This document shows positions 54,872 through 64,000 of a DNA stretch of 64,000 bases, piece by piece (position 1 is the first letter of the stretch; every line of letters starts with the position of its first letter). The position numbers and the translations under genes are program-made. Location of the stretch: contig PDIP01000020.1 in assembly GCA_002811645.1 (NCBI GenBank), positions 112,305-176,304 on the forward strand. The letters are read 5' to 3'. The notes beneath the pieces were generated by a model. It did no database searches, was not told where the DNA came from, and saw only the letters and a program-made list of their open reading frames with translations. Source of the DNA: Corallochytrium limacisporum Hawaii. Taxonomy: Eukaryota; Protista; Pluriformea.

Positions 54872-55564
54872 CTAGCGACGGCGGGTGGCAGCGAGATTTG
54901 GATGCGCAAAAGAGGCGTAGTGCTGATTGTGACACAGACTTTGACAATCCATTTTGTCTGTGAACATAATGCCATTCAGATGATCCATCTCATGTTGCGC
55001 TATAATTGATGCTAATCCGTGCAACTCTTTCCTGTATTCCTGACCTTTCTCATCAAGCGCCTTCAATTCAATTGATGCGTGTCTTTCTATCTCCGCGGTG
55101 AAGTTCTGGAATGAGAGACACCCCTCCCTGATTCTGATCCGCTTGGCACCCAACTGCTTTATGCTCGGGTTGATAGCAACTGTGTCCGGCAAGGGGTCAA
55201 AATAGGTTTCTGGCATCCGTTCTCGATACTTTGGTGCAACATTGTCTGACAATTTTTGTGATATTCCAATGACAAACATGCGTTCCGGATATCCCAGCTG
55301 ATTCGCAGAGACGCCCACCGCTCCGTACGCATGCATGGTCTTCTTCATTCGAGAGATCACCTTCTGATGGTATGCTGAGCTAATAAACCTAGGGTCCACC
55401 TCACTACAAACTTTTCTCAGGATTGGACTCCCCAGCTTCTCCGCAGCAGGTACCAAGGCAGTTTTGAAGAAGAGCTTAAAGTAGTTGAAATATGATCCCG
55501 CTTGTAATGAGAAAGACATTTTGTCTATGTGATCTGTGGCTATCAGTTCTATGTGAGTAGACAT
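54872..55564 (-). CDS. PDF: Peptide deformylase, probably mitochondrial
   Basis: AVGVSANQLG, EGCLS and QHEMDHLNG motifs; N-terminal extension. Confidence 0.95.
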   Translation of the reverse strand: MSTHIELIATDHIDKMSFSLQAGSYFNYFKLFFKTALVPAAEKLGSPILRKVCSEVDPRFISSAYHQKVISRMKKTMHAYGAVGVSANQLGYPERMFVIGISQKLSDNVAPKYRERMPETYFDPLPDTVAINPSIKQLGAKRIRIREGCLSFQNFTAEIERHASIELKALDEKGQEYRKELHGLASIIAQHEMDHLNGIMFTDKMDCQSLCHNQHYASFAHPNLAATRRR

Positions 55565-58500
55565 AAGCAGCTAAACAATTTTGTGAAACGGCTTTCCGAG
55601 TAGCAAGAAGTAGCTTGCGCGTCCGCATGTCTGCGCCATATCTCACAGTACATGGAATGCATCACCTATCGACCCTGCCCGACCCACCCACACGCGGATC
55701 CACGAGGAAATTGGACTCCCAATTTCCTGAGTTTGCTCGAAAAACGGTGCACTATGTCCTGGTTGGCATTTCGACTTCCCTTCCTCTGCGGGAGGACCGT
55801 TGCGCTCACCACGACACACTCCCCTTCCCCCTCCCCTCCCTCCAGCGGGGGAGGCCTTAAACCTGCGGGGGCATATGCGCATGATCTCGGGCCCTGTCTG
55901 GGAAAGAGAGAGAGAGTAGATAGATCTGTGAGTTGTTCGTAAACTTCAAAGTGGGAAGGCGTGCGCAAGACGGCGCTGTGATCTATGCAGACTTGCCGCA
56001 AACAACCTTGAACGAACTCTTTTCGAAGCCTACGGATGACAAGTGTCTCAACATAACCGTCTGCTGGACATGATGCACGAAACATCCAAAGGCCGAAAGC
56101 CACGTAGATTTATTCTTGTCGCTGCCTGGTTTTCTTTTGAAGCAGGGCTCCGTGCGGACCGAAAACCCGCTTTCTGGAATCAAATGAGGACGGGTTTCGC
56201 GGCTGACTGTCCTGCCTCGTATTTTGCAAATCTGGGGGCCTGTCTCGGCCCAAATGTTCCTGCTACTCTCGCCAACGGATACAGCGAAGAGACGAAATGG
56301 AAACAGAAAACAGTCCCAAAGTGGAACAGTAGATTCAAGAAAACCGAGAGTTTGTGCCACCGGCCGCAGATCAATGAACGTTTCATAGTAGCATCGGATC
56401 CATCCCGCGTCTATCCTTTTCATCAGCTGTCCATGAACTGCGTAAAGCAAATCCTTGTCGGCCAAAAAAAAAAAGAAAAAGGAAAAGAACACCCGAGGGC
56501 GCTCTGAGGGGGGGGGCCGGTCTCTTAGAGTCCATAATTGTTACCGTTATAATCAAGCACGTCTCGTGATTAACAGTGTAATATTCTCCCCCCCCCCTGT
56601 GCCGAGGATCGTTCCCTTTGAAGGGGGTTGTGTGTACAACGGTCCCTTCAGGTATTTGACCCCTCAGCAATCAATCCGGTGGTGACGTCCCCCACCCCCC
56701 CCAAGTTCCTTGCGGCCATTGAATTCTTTCAGTAGTCAACGGACTTCCACCATTCCGCTCTTGTGGAACCCATATGTGCCGAGGGGTGTCGTACCCGCTG
56801 ACTTGGTACGTCGGTTGTTTCGGTTCGATCAACGCCTAAACATTCGCAATCTTAAACGTGCTCCGGAATCAAAAAATGCGGAGGTCCTCTTCCTTTGTTT
56901 TCTGGTCGTATCGGTTGCACCAATCTCAAGAGGCAGTCTAGGGAGGGAGTGTGGCAATGGCTGGAGAGTGGTCATGTGGGCGGGCACAGTGGCTATATTC
57001 GGTGTTGCATGAGCCGAATTTGGGTCGTGACCACTGCGAATTGTATTTTCATAGTGAATGGATTGCTTTGCCGCACCAAGATCGCCGACCCGCAGGACTT
57101 CGATGGCGACGCACTCCATTTCGTAGCCCAGGGCACTATGAAAAAGTTGTCATACTCACGGAACGCACGCCGTGCCTTTTTTGGCCTACCGACGGATTTC
57201 TACCACACTGTGAAAATACTAAAGTGAAATCACATATCAAGCACAGTTTTTCAGTGCATTTATTACTAAAACTTCTTAACGGAGCACAGGACCCCCCTCT
57301 CCCAGGGGGGGAGGGAAGGAAGCGCATGCTTCTATAACACGCCAAATGGAACTCTGTGGAAGACGACAATGCCGAAACCATTTTGTGAGCAATACGAAAC
57401 CACCTCGCCATAGATAACCCATATATTCAGTATATGTACCAGTGGTGTATCATCCCAAACGAGTCTTGAGGTGCACATACCATGTGACGCCGGACCAACA
57501 CCAGACGCAGAGGTTAGCCACCGTTCCCCCTCCCCTCCCCCCCCCCCAAGCGCAGAACAAAGCGCTTGAAGTGTAATACCTCGTTCCCGAACCAATCCCA
57601 CTGCGTTGCCTTCATCAGTACAGTCGGTGGGTGGGGTTCACCTGATTTCTACCAACCAAAATGGAGATACCCCTGCACCTAAGGTAACCGACGACAACCG
57701 TGTTGAATACGCAGTGGACAAGGTTCGGTGCGCCAAGCAATATTATTGGCAATCGGCTTGATACACTCAGTGGTATCCATCACCTTTTTCGAACAGGGAT
57801 GCTCTCCTTCAGAGCTACCCTGCAGTTCGATTGTTATGCTGGGGAGATCCTTAGGGGTTGGGACAGTTTGCAATCGTGAACAGAGCTCAGCCTGCTTTTG
57901 AAATACGCTGGCTTCCGCAATTCTCCTGCCCACTGTCCGAGCGGCGCCAGGTTGGGGAGGAGAATAAGTGAGAGAGATATTGGGTAGCGAGTCTATTGGC
58001 TTTTCCCGCGTCTGTGGTGGCTTTTCTTCGTTTTGATGATTTCGTGGCCGCTCCGCCGCCAAATTTCTCGTCTTTCTTCTCATCCACCTCCCTGTTTCTC
58101 CTTATAGGACATTTTCCATATTCTGGCCATCTTCCTATCTTTCCCCTTCGTCTCTGGCGCGCTCGTCTGCCACTCTCCCCTTCCCTTTCTTTTTGAGTCC
58201 TGGAATGAGAATTCTGCTTCCTACCACCGCTACTTTCGGTTGTTAACGGACTGCATTTATTTCGTCAAAGAAGACCAATGCGACGCCATTCTTTGAATAT
58301 GGATCCATCAGGTGGTTAATGGCACGGGAGGAGGTGGATGGAAACTGGTATAGGGGCTGAGGCCGTCCTTTGCCAGCGCGGACTTTGCTGCAATTGTTTT
58401 CACCACCGTTGTTTGCGCAGAAGCGCGCAGCACTCTTTGACCTACCAGTGAGTGGTCTTTTCAACCCGTACAGGGTGACTGAATCAGACAAGTGATCAGG

Positions 58501-58687
58501 TACGTCGAGGAACACTTCGAAATAAGACATCTTCTGAGGACTGGTCAGGTTGGATGTGACATGCAGGGCGACTCCAAGGTGACACTGAGTTTATGCTTCG
58601 GAAGTAAATTTGTAGAGATGAGGGCAAAATAGAACGTCTAAGTCGATCATCAGGATGCTCTGATATGCAACACAACTGAAACTCAGG

Positions 58688-61600
58688 ATGCGGTTGGCAA
58701 TAGTTCTTGCAACGGCGCCCTTGGTGGTATTCGGCCAAGAGTTTACGATTCAAATTGACAGAAGTAAAACAGGTCCGACAGAGGATTTTGAAAATGACTG
58801 TATCACCGAAAAGGGAGTCACATGTACCTTCATTGACGGAGGTAGCAATAGCTTCTCCGTAGCGCCCAGTGCAGATATCGTTGAGGTGGACTTCTTCGAC
58901 GGTTGGCTATACTCAACGGCAGGTTCCTATGAGTTGTTGTCCGTTTCATATAACTTCGACCGCGCGTTGAACAGCAAGTATGTAGTTGTCGTTCCTGCCG
59001 ACAGCGAGTTTCAGAGCATGCGGGACTTATACAGGAGCAAAGTGTGCATGGACAGTCAGGGATCAATGAATGGGCTGCGGGCAATGGCCTGGGCAAGCGA
59101 GAATCCTGCCTCGTCTTCTTGGTTGAAGAGTACGGACTCGGGAGGTTCCCTGCTTAGTTGTGAGACCAGCATTCGACGAAATGCAGAAGAATTCTTCAGT
59201 ACGGGCTGCTCACCATATAGACCTGGACTGGCGCCAGGTTTTTGTGACACATGCGCGGGAGACTGCTCCATCGAAGAAGCATTCAATGGAGACCCAGCCA
59301 CAGGTCCGTTGAGGGGTATGTTCAGCGGTATGTGTGATGTGGCGTTCGTTGACACGGGAGTTATCCAGTCATCATGTCAAGCAGACAACAGCAGGCCATG
59401 GTGTGAAGGTCAGCAAGGATATCGTGAGCTTGCAAATTTGGGCAGCTCGACGGGTCGAGCTATCATGATAAGAACTGACCGAGTACAGGATGCAACTGGC
59501 GCTTTGAAAATTCTTGACCTCATGATGTATGCCAAGCATGAAAAAATTCGGACCGCATTCAATATGCAAACCTTTGAAGTCTTCTCCGACAAATCGAGGA
59601 CCCGCCTGTGGACCCAGCAATGGAGGGACCTAAGCCAAGTACCGGAGATGCAAAGATTGGAACATTGCATTCACACGATTGATGCCACACCAGACATTTC
59701 TATTTTAAGATGTGTTGACCGCACAGGAGTAACTGCCTGTGCGATGAATGGCGCCCGTGATCCTCAAATTTTGAGAGTCGGCGTACCAAGTCATGGCTAC
59801 ACCATTATCAACAACACAGACGACTACATGGAGGAAGTACTGAATCGTATAGATTCTCTGCAGCTCTGGGAAGGAGGCATAGTTGACGATCTTCTGGACG
59901 GCCGCTTGGATTTTATTTCTGTCTCGCCTTTGAGTGCTGCCGTCTACACCGATTTGCATCCTTCGTTGCAAATGTATGCTGCCACTAAGCCCACAGAACT
60001 TGTCATGGCCGCTCGCGACGATCTTATGGTGAACACCTTAGAGGACCTGAGAGGACTAAACATTTGCACTGGGTCGGTCTTGGACATTTTCGGCATCACA
60101 GGTCTCTTTGCTCACCTGACTGCCGGTCAAAGACCTCAGAGTCCGACATATCTGAGCTCAAAGTCTCCACTGGGATGTGAAAGCCCCCTTGTCGACACCA
60201 TTAGAATGTTCTTTGGTAATGTAGTAGGGGGATCGGACGCAATTGATGGTTTGAGATTTTGCGGATCCGAAGAAACGGAAGGATGGTGTCAAGGTACCAG
60301 CCCCAACTACGCCAGAATGCTCAAGAGTTTGAGCGATGATAATGACACTGCTTGCGATGCAGTCTTCATGCCAAACGCCACATTTCTCCACCACTGTGAT
60401 GAGTATGTCGATCCTTTAAACCCGAATGAGGAACCGGTGTACTGTAGCACAGCACATGAGCTGACTCGGACTGTTTTGGATCGGTCATTGATACAACGCA
60501 TGGCTTCGCATGTTTTGGTTGGCCAAGCGACCGCCAGCGGATACGCAGACTTCGCAGAATTTGTCCGCGATACTCGTGATTTACCGGATGCGCCGTTCTT
60601 CTTGCAAAGACGATCAGGATTCCAGATTACTGAACAGGGTTTCGAGGAGGCAAGCATTAAGTCCAATTTAAAGTTCTCATTCTTGTCGAGTGTGCCACCT
60701 CTGAGTACAATTGTGGGTTGCATTGACTCGAATTCGGATGAGTGTAAGGAATTGAGGGCGACGTTGCAAACTGAATGCGTGGAAGACTACGTTCCGCCCA
60801 CCCTACGTGTCGGACTGGCGGGTATTGCTGCTGACAACATTGAAAGCTTTGAGCAATATTTCCGTGCCTTTGAAGCAAGTCATCCCGATGAGCGAGTCGT
60901 GGCCCTCTTTACCAATTCCTACAGATATCTGAACACGGACGTGGACATTTTGTTCTTGGATCCCGTGCAGGCATTCTTTGCTTGGAAACTTCATGGTCAT
61001 CTCCTGCTGGCCAGGGATGTTGGACAAGGCGCAGTAAGCCACTCTGTAGCTTACAAGCGCAAGAGTAGTGTGTACCAACGATTTAGTGACTTCCGGGGAG
61101 CTCGAATCTGCAGTGGTGAATTTCTGTCGTTGTACGGAGTGTTTGTTCCGGTGTCGTGGGCAATTCAGAACTTTGAAAACAGTAGTTTCATAAGCAGCCC
61201 AATCTCTTCCCCACTGACATCGTGCGTATCACCTTTGGCTGATGCTCTGGAGGCATTTTTCAGTGATGTCTGCGCCCCACCTGCTGGCTTGGGTGAGGTA
61301 GGCCTCTGTACTGCCTGTGATCCGGACACACCCTGCGATCGCTCCAATCGATACGCAGGCGAAGAAGGAGCACTGCTTGGATTATCGGAGGGTGCTTGTG
61401 ACGTTGCTTTCGTCCGTGCTGATCTCAAGGCTCGAGTCTGCGAAGGTGACACACAGTCCGTACCACAGTGGTGTACTGATGACAATATTGTCGCGATTGA
61501 CAACATTGGCGATGGCGATGGACAGGGATTTGGTAGAACAGAGCCCCTGTTTTCGATGCTTTCACGATTATTCACTGGTCAAATTGACTATGCCAAAGAC

Positions 61601-63409
61601 TTTATCCAGGGCCTGAATACTCACTTCGTTATCGGCGACGAAACCACCCCCTTGGCGGGCATCATCCGCAAGGACTTTAGCCCAACAAAGGGCCCGTATC
61701 TGGAGTCGTATGAAGTCGTGAGTAAGGCAAACACTGATATTATCATCCGTGATCTGAAGGATGTGATGCAGAATTTACCCGGTGTCATTGAAGAGCTGGA
61801 GTGCCGCGAGTCACGTGAATCCACACTATGTCTCGAGAGCGAGTTTACGGACTGCCCTGCCTTTTCCGAAAGTGCTAGACTCTATCTGCCTTATGACCTG
61901 ATCGATAATCGGAACGCAATCAACCTGTTCTTTACGGCGCAAGCACGCGAGACGGATGTCATGATTTATCCGATTCGATACGGCGGCAACGTATTTGTTG
62001 ATCAAGACGTGGACCTGCTCTCCCTCGATGCGGCCTCCGCTGTTCTGGCATGGCGAAAGCATGGATGGCAGGTCTTGTTGGAAACCAAAGCGGATACATC
62101 TGGAACGTCTGAACAGGTAAGTGTAGCTGTGGTCCGCGAAGATTCACTGCACGTCTCCTTTGCGGATCTGCGGGGAACTCGGTCATGCCACGGACAGTTC
62201 CTGGATGCTAAGGGTACTTTCGTACCAATGTCATACGCGTGGCGGGCGGGCCACATGGACATGGAGGAGAATGGTCTGGCAATTGATGACTGTGATAGTC
62301 CAATGCGGCTAGGCATGAATGCCTTCTTTGAAGCATCTTGTGCTCCGCCCCTGAAGGCTGGCTACGTGGGTATCTGTACGGCATGTATGGTGGATGAGCC
62401 TTGTGATGAGACAAACCGTTACGCTGGCCCAATGGGAGCTCTGAGAGGTCTGGCAGAGAACGCCTGTGATGTTGCCTTTACTGTTGAGAGTGACGTTGAC
62501 ATTTACCGTGACCTTGTCAATCGCAACAGTGACTTTGGAGCTCAACTGCCAGACCTTCGCATCATTATTGACGACGACAATGAGCCTGTTGTTACAGAGA
62601 CCGGATCTCCCACCAACGTGACCGAGGAACCTTCGGATGAAGGTCTTACGAAGGAGGGAGAGGATGGAGAGGATGAACCTCCCACTACCGTGAACCTTGA
62701 GAATGATGAGCTGCCAGAGCTGGAGGAAGGACTTGGTGTCATTCCTGGCAAGCTGCTTATGATCAATGCCCCACAACGATTCACAGAAGAGCAGCGGTAC
62801 AAGATTGCCAGCATATTTGCGAAATTCAGCAACCAACGCGAATCTGCCAATGCGTTCAATTTCGTCCTTCCTGACGATTTTGATGCCAGTACAGTTGCCA
62901 ATCACGACTTCACTGAGTCTGTGCTGAGTGATTTCGAAGCTGAAATCTACCAACTACCTGGCTTTGAACAGTACGAGGATTGTAAATTCCGTCACCAGAA
63001 CTTCATGTTGGATGCCATTTGCAACATTGGGGCGAACAACACTTGTCCATTCACAACAACCATTACTGTTGACGACCGCGAGGATGACAATGACGTGGAC
63101 AAAGAGAACGCGGCCCTCATTGTTGGCGTTGTCCTTGGGGCAGTTGGCGGTGTGGTCTTGATGATGGGTGTATATTATGGTGTGCAGGCTTACCGCCGCC
63201 CAAATTCATCCAATGGCCGCTGGCTAGTGAATACTGTGTCGCGACTGCGGATGAAGCAGCAAAATGCCCCAATGAGCAGGATGTTCTTTGATGACGACGA
63301 AGCTGACCGTGGAATACCCCTCGCCGAACTTGAACAAGTGGCTTACAACCACCACGAAGTAGTGGAAGCTGACATCCGGTCCCAAATTCACAGCGAGAAT
63401 TCGCTTTGA
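58688..63409 (+). CDS. Type I membrane protein with four transferrin-like (periplasmic-binding-protein type 2) lobes
   Basis: Signal peptide; four ~350-aa repeats, each with D(L/F).G/S..C, FF...C.P-like and CD(V/A)(A/V)F motifs (Cys at 59333, 60353, 61397, 62465); TM helix at about 63110-63185; ~73-aa cytosolic tail. Confidence 0.88.
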   Translation: MRLAIVLATAPLVVFGQEFTIQIDRSKTGPTEDFENDCITEKGVTCTFIDGGSNSFSVAPSADIVEVDFFDGWLYSTAGSYELLSVSYNFDRALNSKYVVVVPADSEFQSMRDLYRSKVCMDSQGSMNGLRAMAWASENPASSSWLKSTDSGGSLLSCETSIRRNAEEFFSTGCSPYRPGLAPGFCDTCAGDCSIEEAFNGDPATGPLRGMFSGMCDVAFVDTGVIQSSCQADNSRPWCEGQQGYRELANLGSSTGRAIMIRTDRVQDATGALKILDLMMYAKHEKIRTAFNMQTFEVFSDKSRTRLWTQQWRDLSQVPEMQRLEHCIHTIDATPDISILRCVDRTGVTACAMNGARDPQILRVGVPSHGYTIINNTDDYMEEVLNRIDSLQLWEGGIVDDLLDGRLDFISVSPLSAAVYTDLHPSLQMYAATKPTELVMAARDDLMVNTLEDLRGLNICTGSVLDIFGITGLFAHLTAGQRPQSPTYLSSKSPLGCESPLVDTIRMFFGNVVGGSDAIDGLRFCGSEETEGWCQGTSPNYARMLKSLSDDNDTACDAVFMPNATFLHHCDEYVDPLNPNEEPVYCSTAHELTRTVLDRSLIQRMASHVLVGQATASGYADFAEFVRDTRDLPDAPFFLQRRSGFQITEQGFEEASIKSNLKFSFLSSVPPLSTIVGCIDSNSDECKELRATLQTECVEDYVPPTLRVGLAGIAADNIESFEQYFRAFEASHPDERVVALFTNSYRYLNTDVDILFLDPVQAFFAWKLHGHLLLARDVGQGAVSHSVAYKRKSSVYQRFSDFRGARICSGEFLSLYGVFVPVSWAIQNFENSSFISSPISSPLTSCVSPLADALEAFFSDVCAPPAGLGEVGLCTACDPDTPCDRSNRYAGEEGALLGLSEGACDVAFVRADLKARVCEGDTQSVPQWCTDDNIVAIDNIGDGDGQGFGRTEPLFSMLSRLFTGQIDYAKDFIQGLNTHFVIGDETTPLAGIIRKDFSPTKGPYLESYEVVSKANTDIIIRDLKDVMQNLPGVIEELECRESRESTLCLESEFTDCPAFSESARLYLPYDLIDNRNAINLFFTAQARETDVMIYPIRYGGNVFVDQDVDLLSLDAASAVLAWRKHGWQVLLETKADTSGTSEQVSVAVVREDSLHVSFADLRGTRSCHGQFLDAKGTFVPMSYAWRAGHMDMEENGLAIDDCDSPMRLGMNAFFEASCAPPLKAGYVGICTACMVDEPCDETNRYAGPMGALRGLAENACDVAFTVESDVDIYRDLVNRNSDFGAQLPDLRIIIDDDNEPVVTETGSPTNVTEEPSDEGLTKEGEDGEDEPPTTVNLENDELPELEEGLGVIPGKLLMINAPQRFTEEQRYKIASIFAKFSNQRESANAFNFVLPDDFDASTVANHDFTESVLSDFEAEIYQLPGFEQYEDCKFRHQNFMLDAICNIGANNTCPFTTTITVDDREDDNDVDKENAALIVGVVLGAVGGVVLMMGVYYGVQAYRRPNSSNGRWLVNTVSRLRMKQQNAPMSRMFFDDDEADRGIPLAELEQVAYNHHEVVEADIRSQIHSENSL

Positions 63410-64000
63410 GCCTTGCTCAATAGTTTGACCAACTCATAGTAATGTAGTACTAACTTCCTTGAACATATATCATCTTCTAGCGGTGGCATGTACGCATGTT
63501 CATCTGCTAGTTCAGAAGGTCCATAATCTCTATCTTTATACATCTAGATGCACTTTATCGTATGTTTTAAAACACCGAAACCAGATTTTAGGTCAGTTCC
63601 TAGAAGCGTGTTGATGTTCACGATCATTTCCCTCATGACCAACTTATCGGTCACTTGGCCCTAGCCAAACCACCCCCCCCTCTTCAGCTTTCCACCCCAT
63701 CCACTGTCACAAGTCAGTACCACCCTCTGTCTGGTATGTCAGGGTCAAAACTCCGAAAAACTTGACTCCCGAGGATCTTTTTCAATCTTGATTGTAGGTT
63801 AATTTATATTGATTCTATTCTATTTTATTATATTTTGCTCTTTTTAACAATCATGCACAAATATTTAAATAGCTGATTCAAACGAAGAGTCCCTGCTACT
63901 CTCAAAAAAGGACTATTTTGACTTTGGCTTGACATTGAACACATCGTAGTCGTACAAAAAAATTAAATATGAGCATCTATTACCACCATGACTTGAACCA

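Noticed and set aside
54872-55564. Peptide deformylase as bacterial contamination or recent horizontal transfer
   Set aside because: Nuclear-encoded organellar PDFs are normal in many eukaryotes. It has an N-terminal extension and sits among eukaryotic genes.
58435-58460. Iron-responsive-element-like hairpin (CAGUGA loop) upstream of the transferrin-like gene
   Set aside because: The upper stem is only 4 bp and the lower stem only 2 bp. It does not meet the canonical C-bulge plus 5-bp stem geometry.
55615-58530. Short ORFs in the 3.1-kb PDF/transferrin-like intergenic region
   Set aside because: Mostly non-ATG starts, low-complexity composition and no recognisable domains. Treated as promoter or UTR sequence.
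63440-63480. TACTAAC plus CTAG acceptor just after the transferrin-like stop codon
   Set aside because: No convincing donor at a suitable distance, so an alternative C-terminus cannot be supported.

Overview
Eukaryotic, gene-dense and almost intron-free genomic DNA with about 25 protein-coding genes. I found no rRNA, tRNA, CRISPR array or recognisable transposon. In order: TOP1(+), MED18(-), ARP3(+), AVT/SLC32-type amino-acid transporter(+), BCAS3(-), TMEM64/Tvp38(+), TSEN34(-), RGG/Pro-rich unknown(+), PDXK(-), KTI12(+), zinc-knuckle/HMG-box-like protein(+), NUP85(-), MRPL17(+), OS9/Yos9(-), SCFD2-like(-), TNNI3K-like kinase(+), EEEE four-domain Cav1/2-type calcium channel(-), MIA40/CHCHD4(+), ISY1(-), rabenosyn-5/Vac1(-), protein O-mannosyltransferase(+), UXS1(-), CEP57(+, one clear intron), peptide deformylase(-), and a 1573-aa membrane-anchored protein with four transferrin-like lobes(+). 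The animal-like gene set with single-exon genes suggests a unicellular holozoan of the Corallochytrium kind; this is inference. Most notable: (1) the four-lobed transferrin-fold receptor lacking the canonical iron-binding tyrosines; (2) a high-voltage-activated-type Ca channel tail-to-tail with a TNNI3K orthologue; (3) near-strict strand alternation with very short convergent gaps; (4) two likely tiny introns with non-consensus branch points in the splicing-factor gene ISY1. All family calls come from motif recognition by eye, not database searches.
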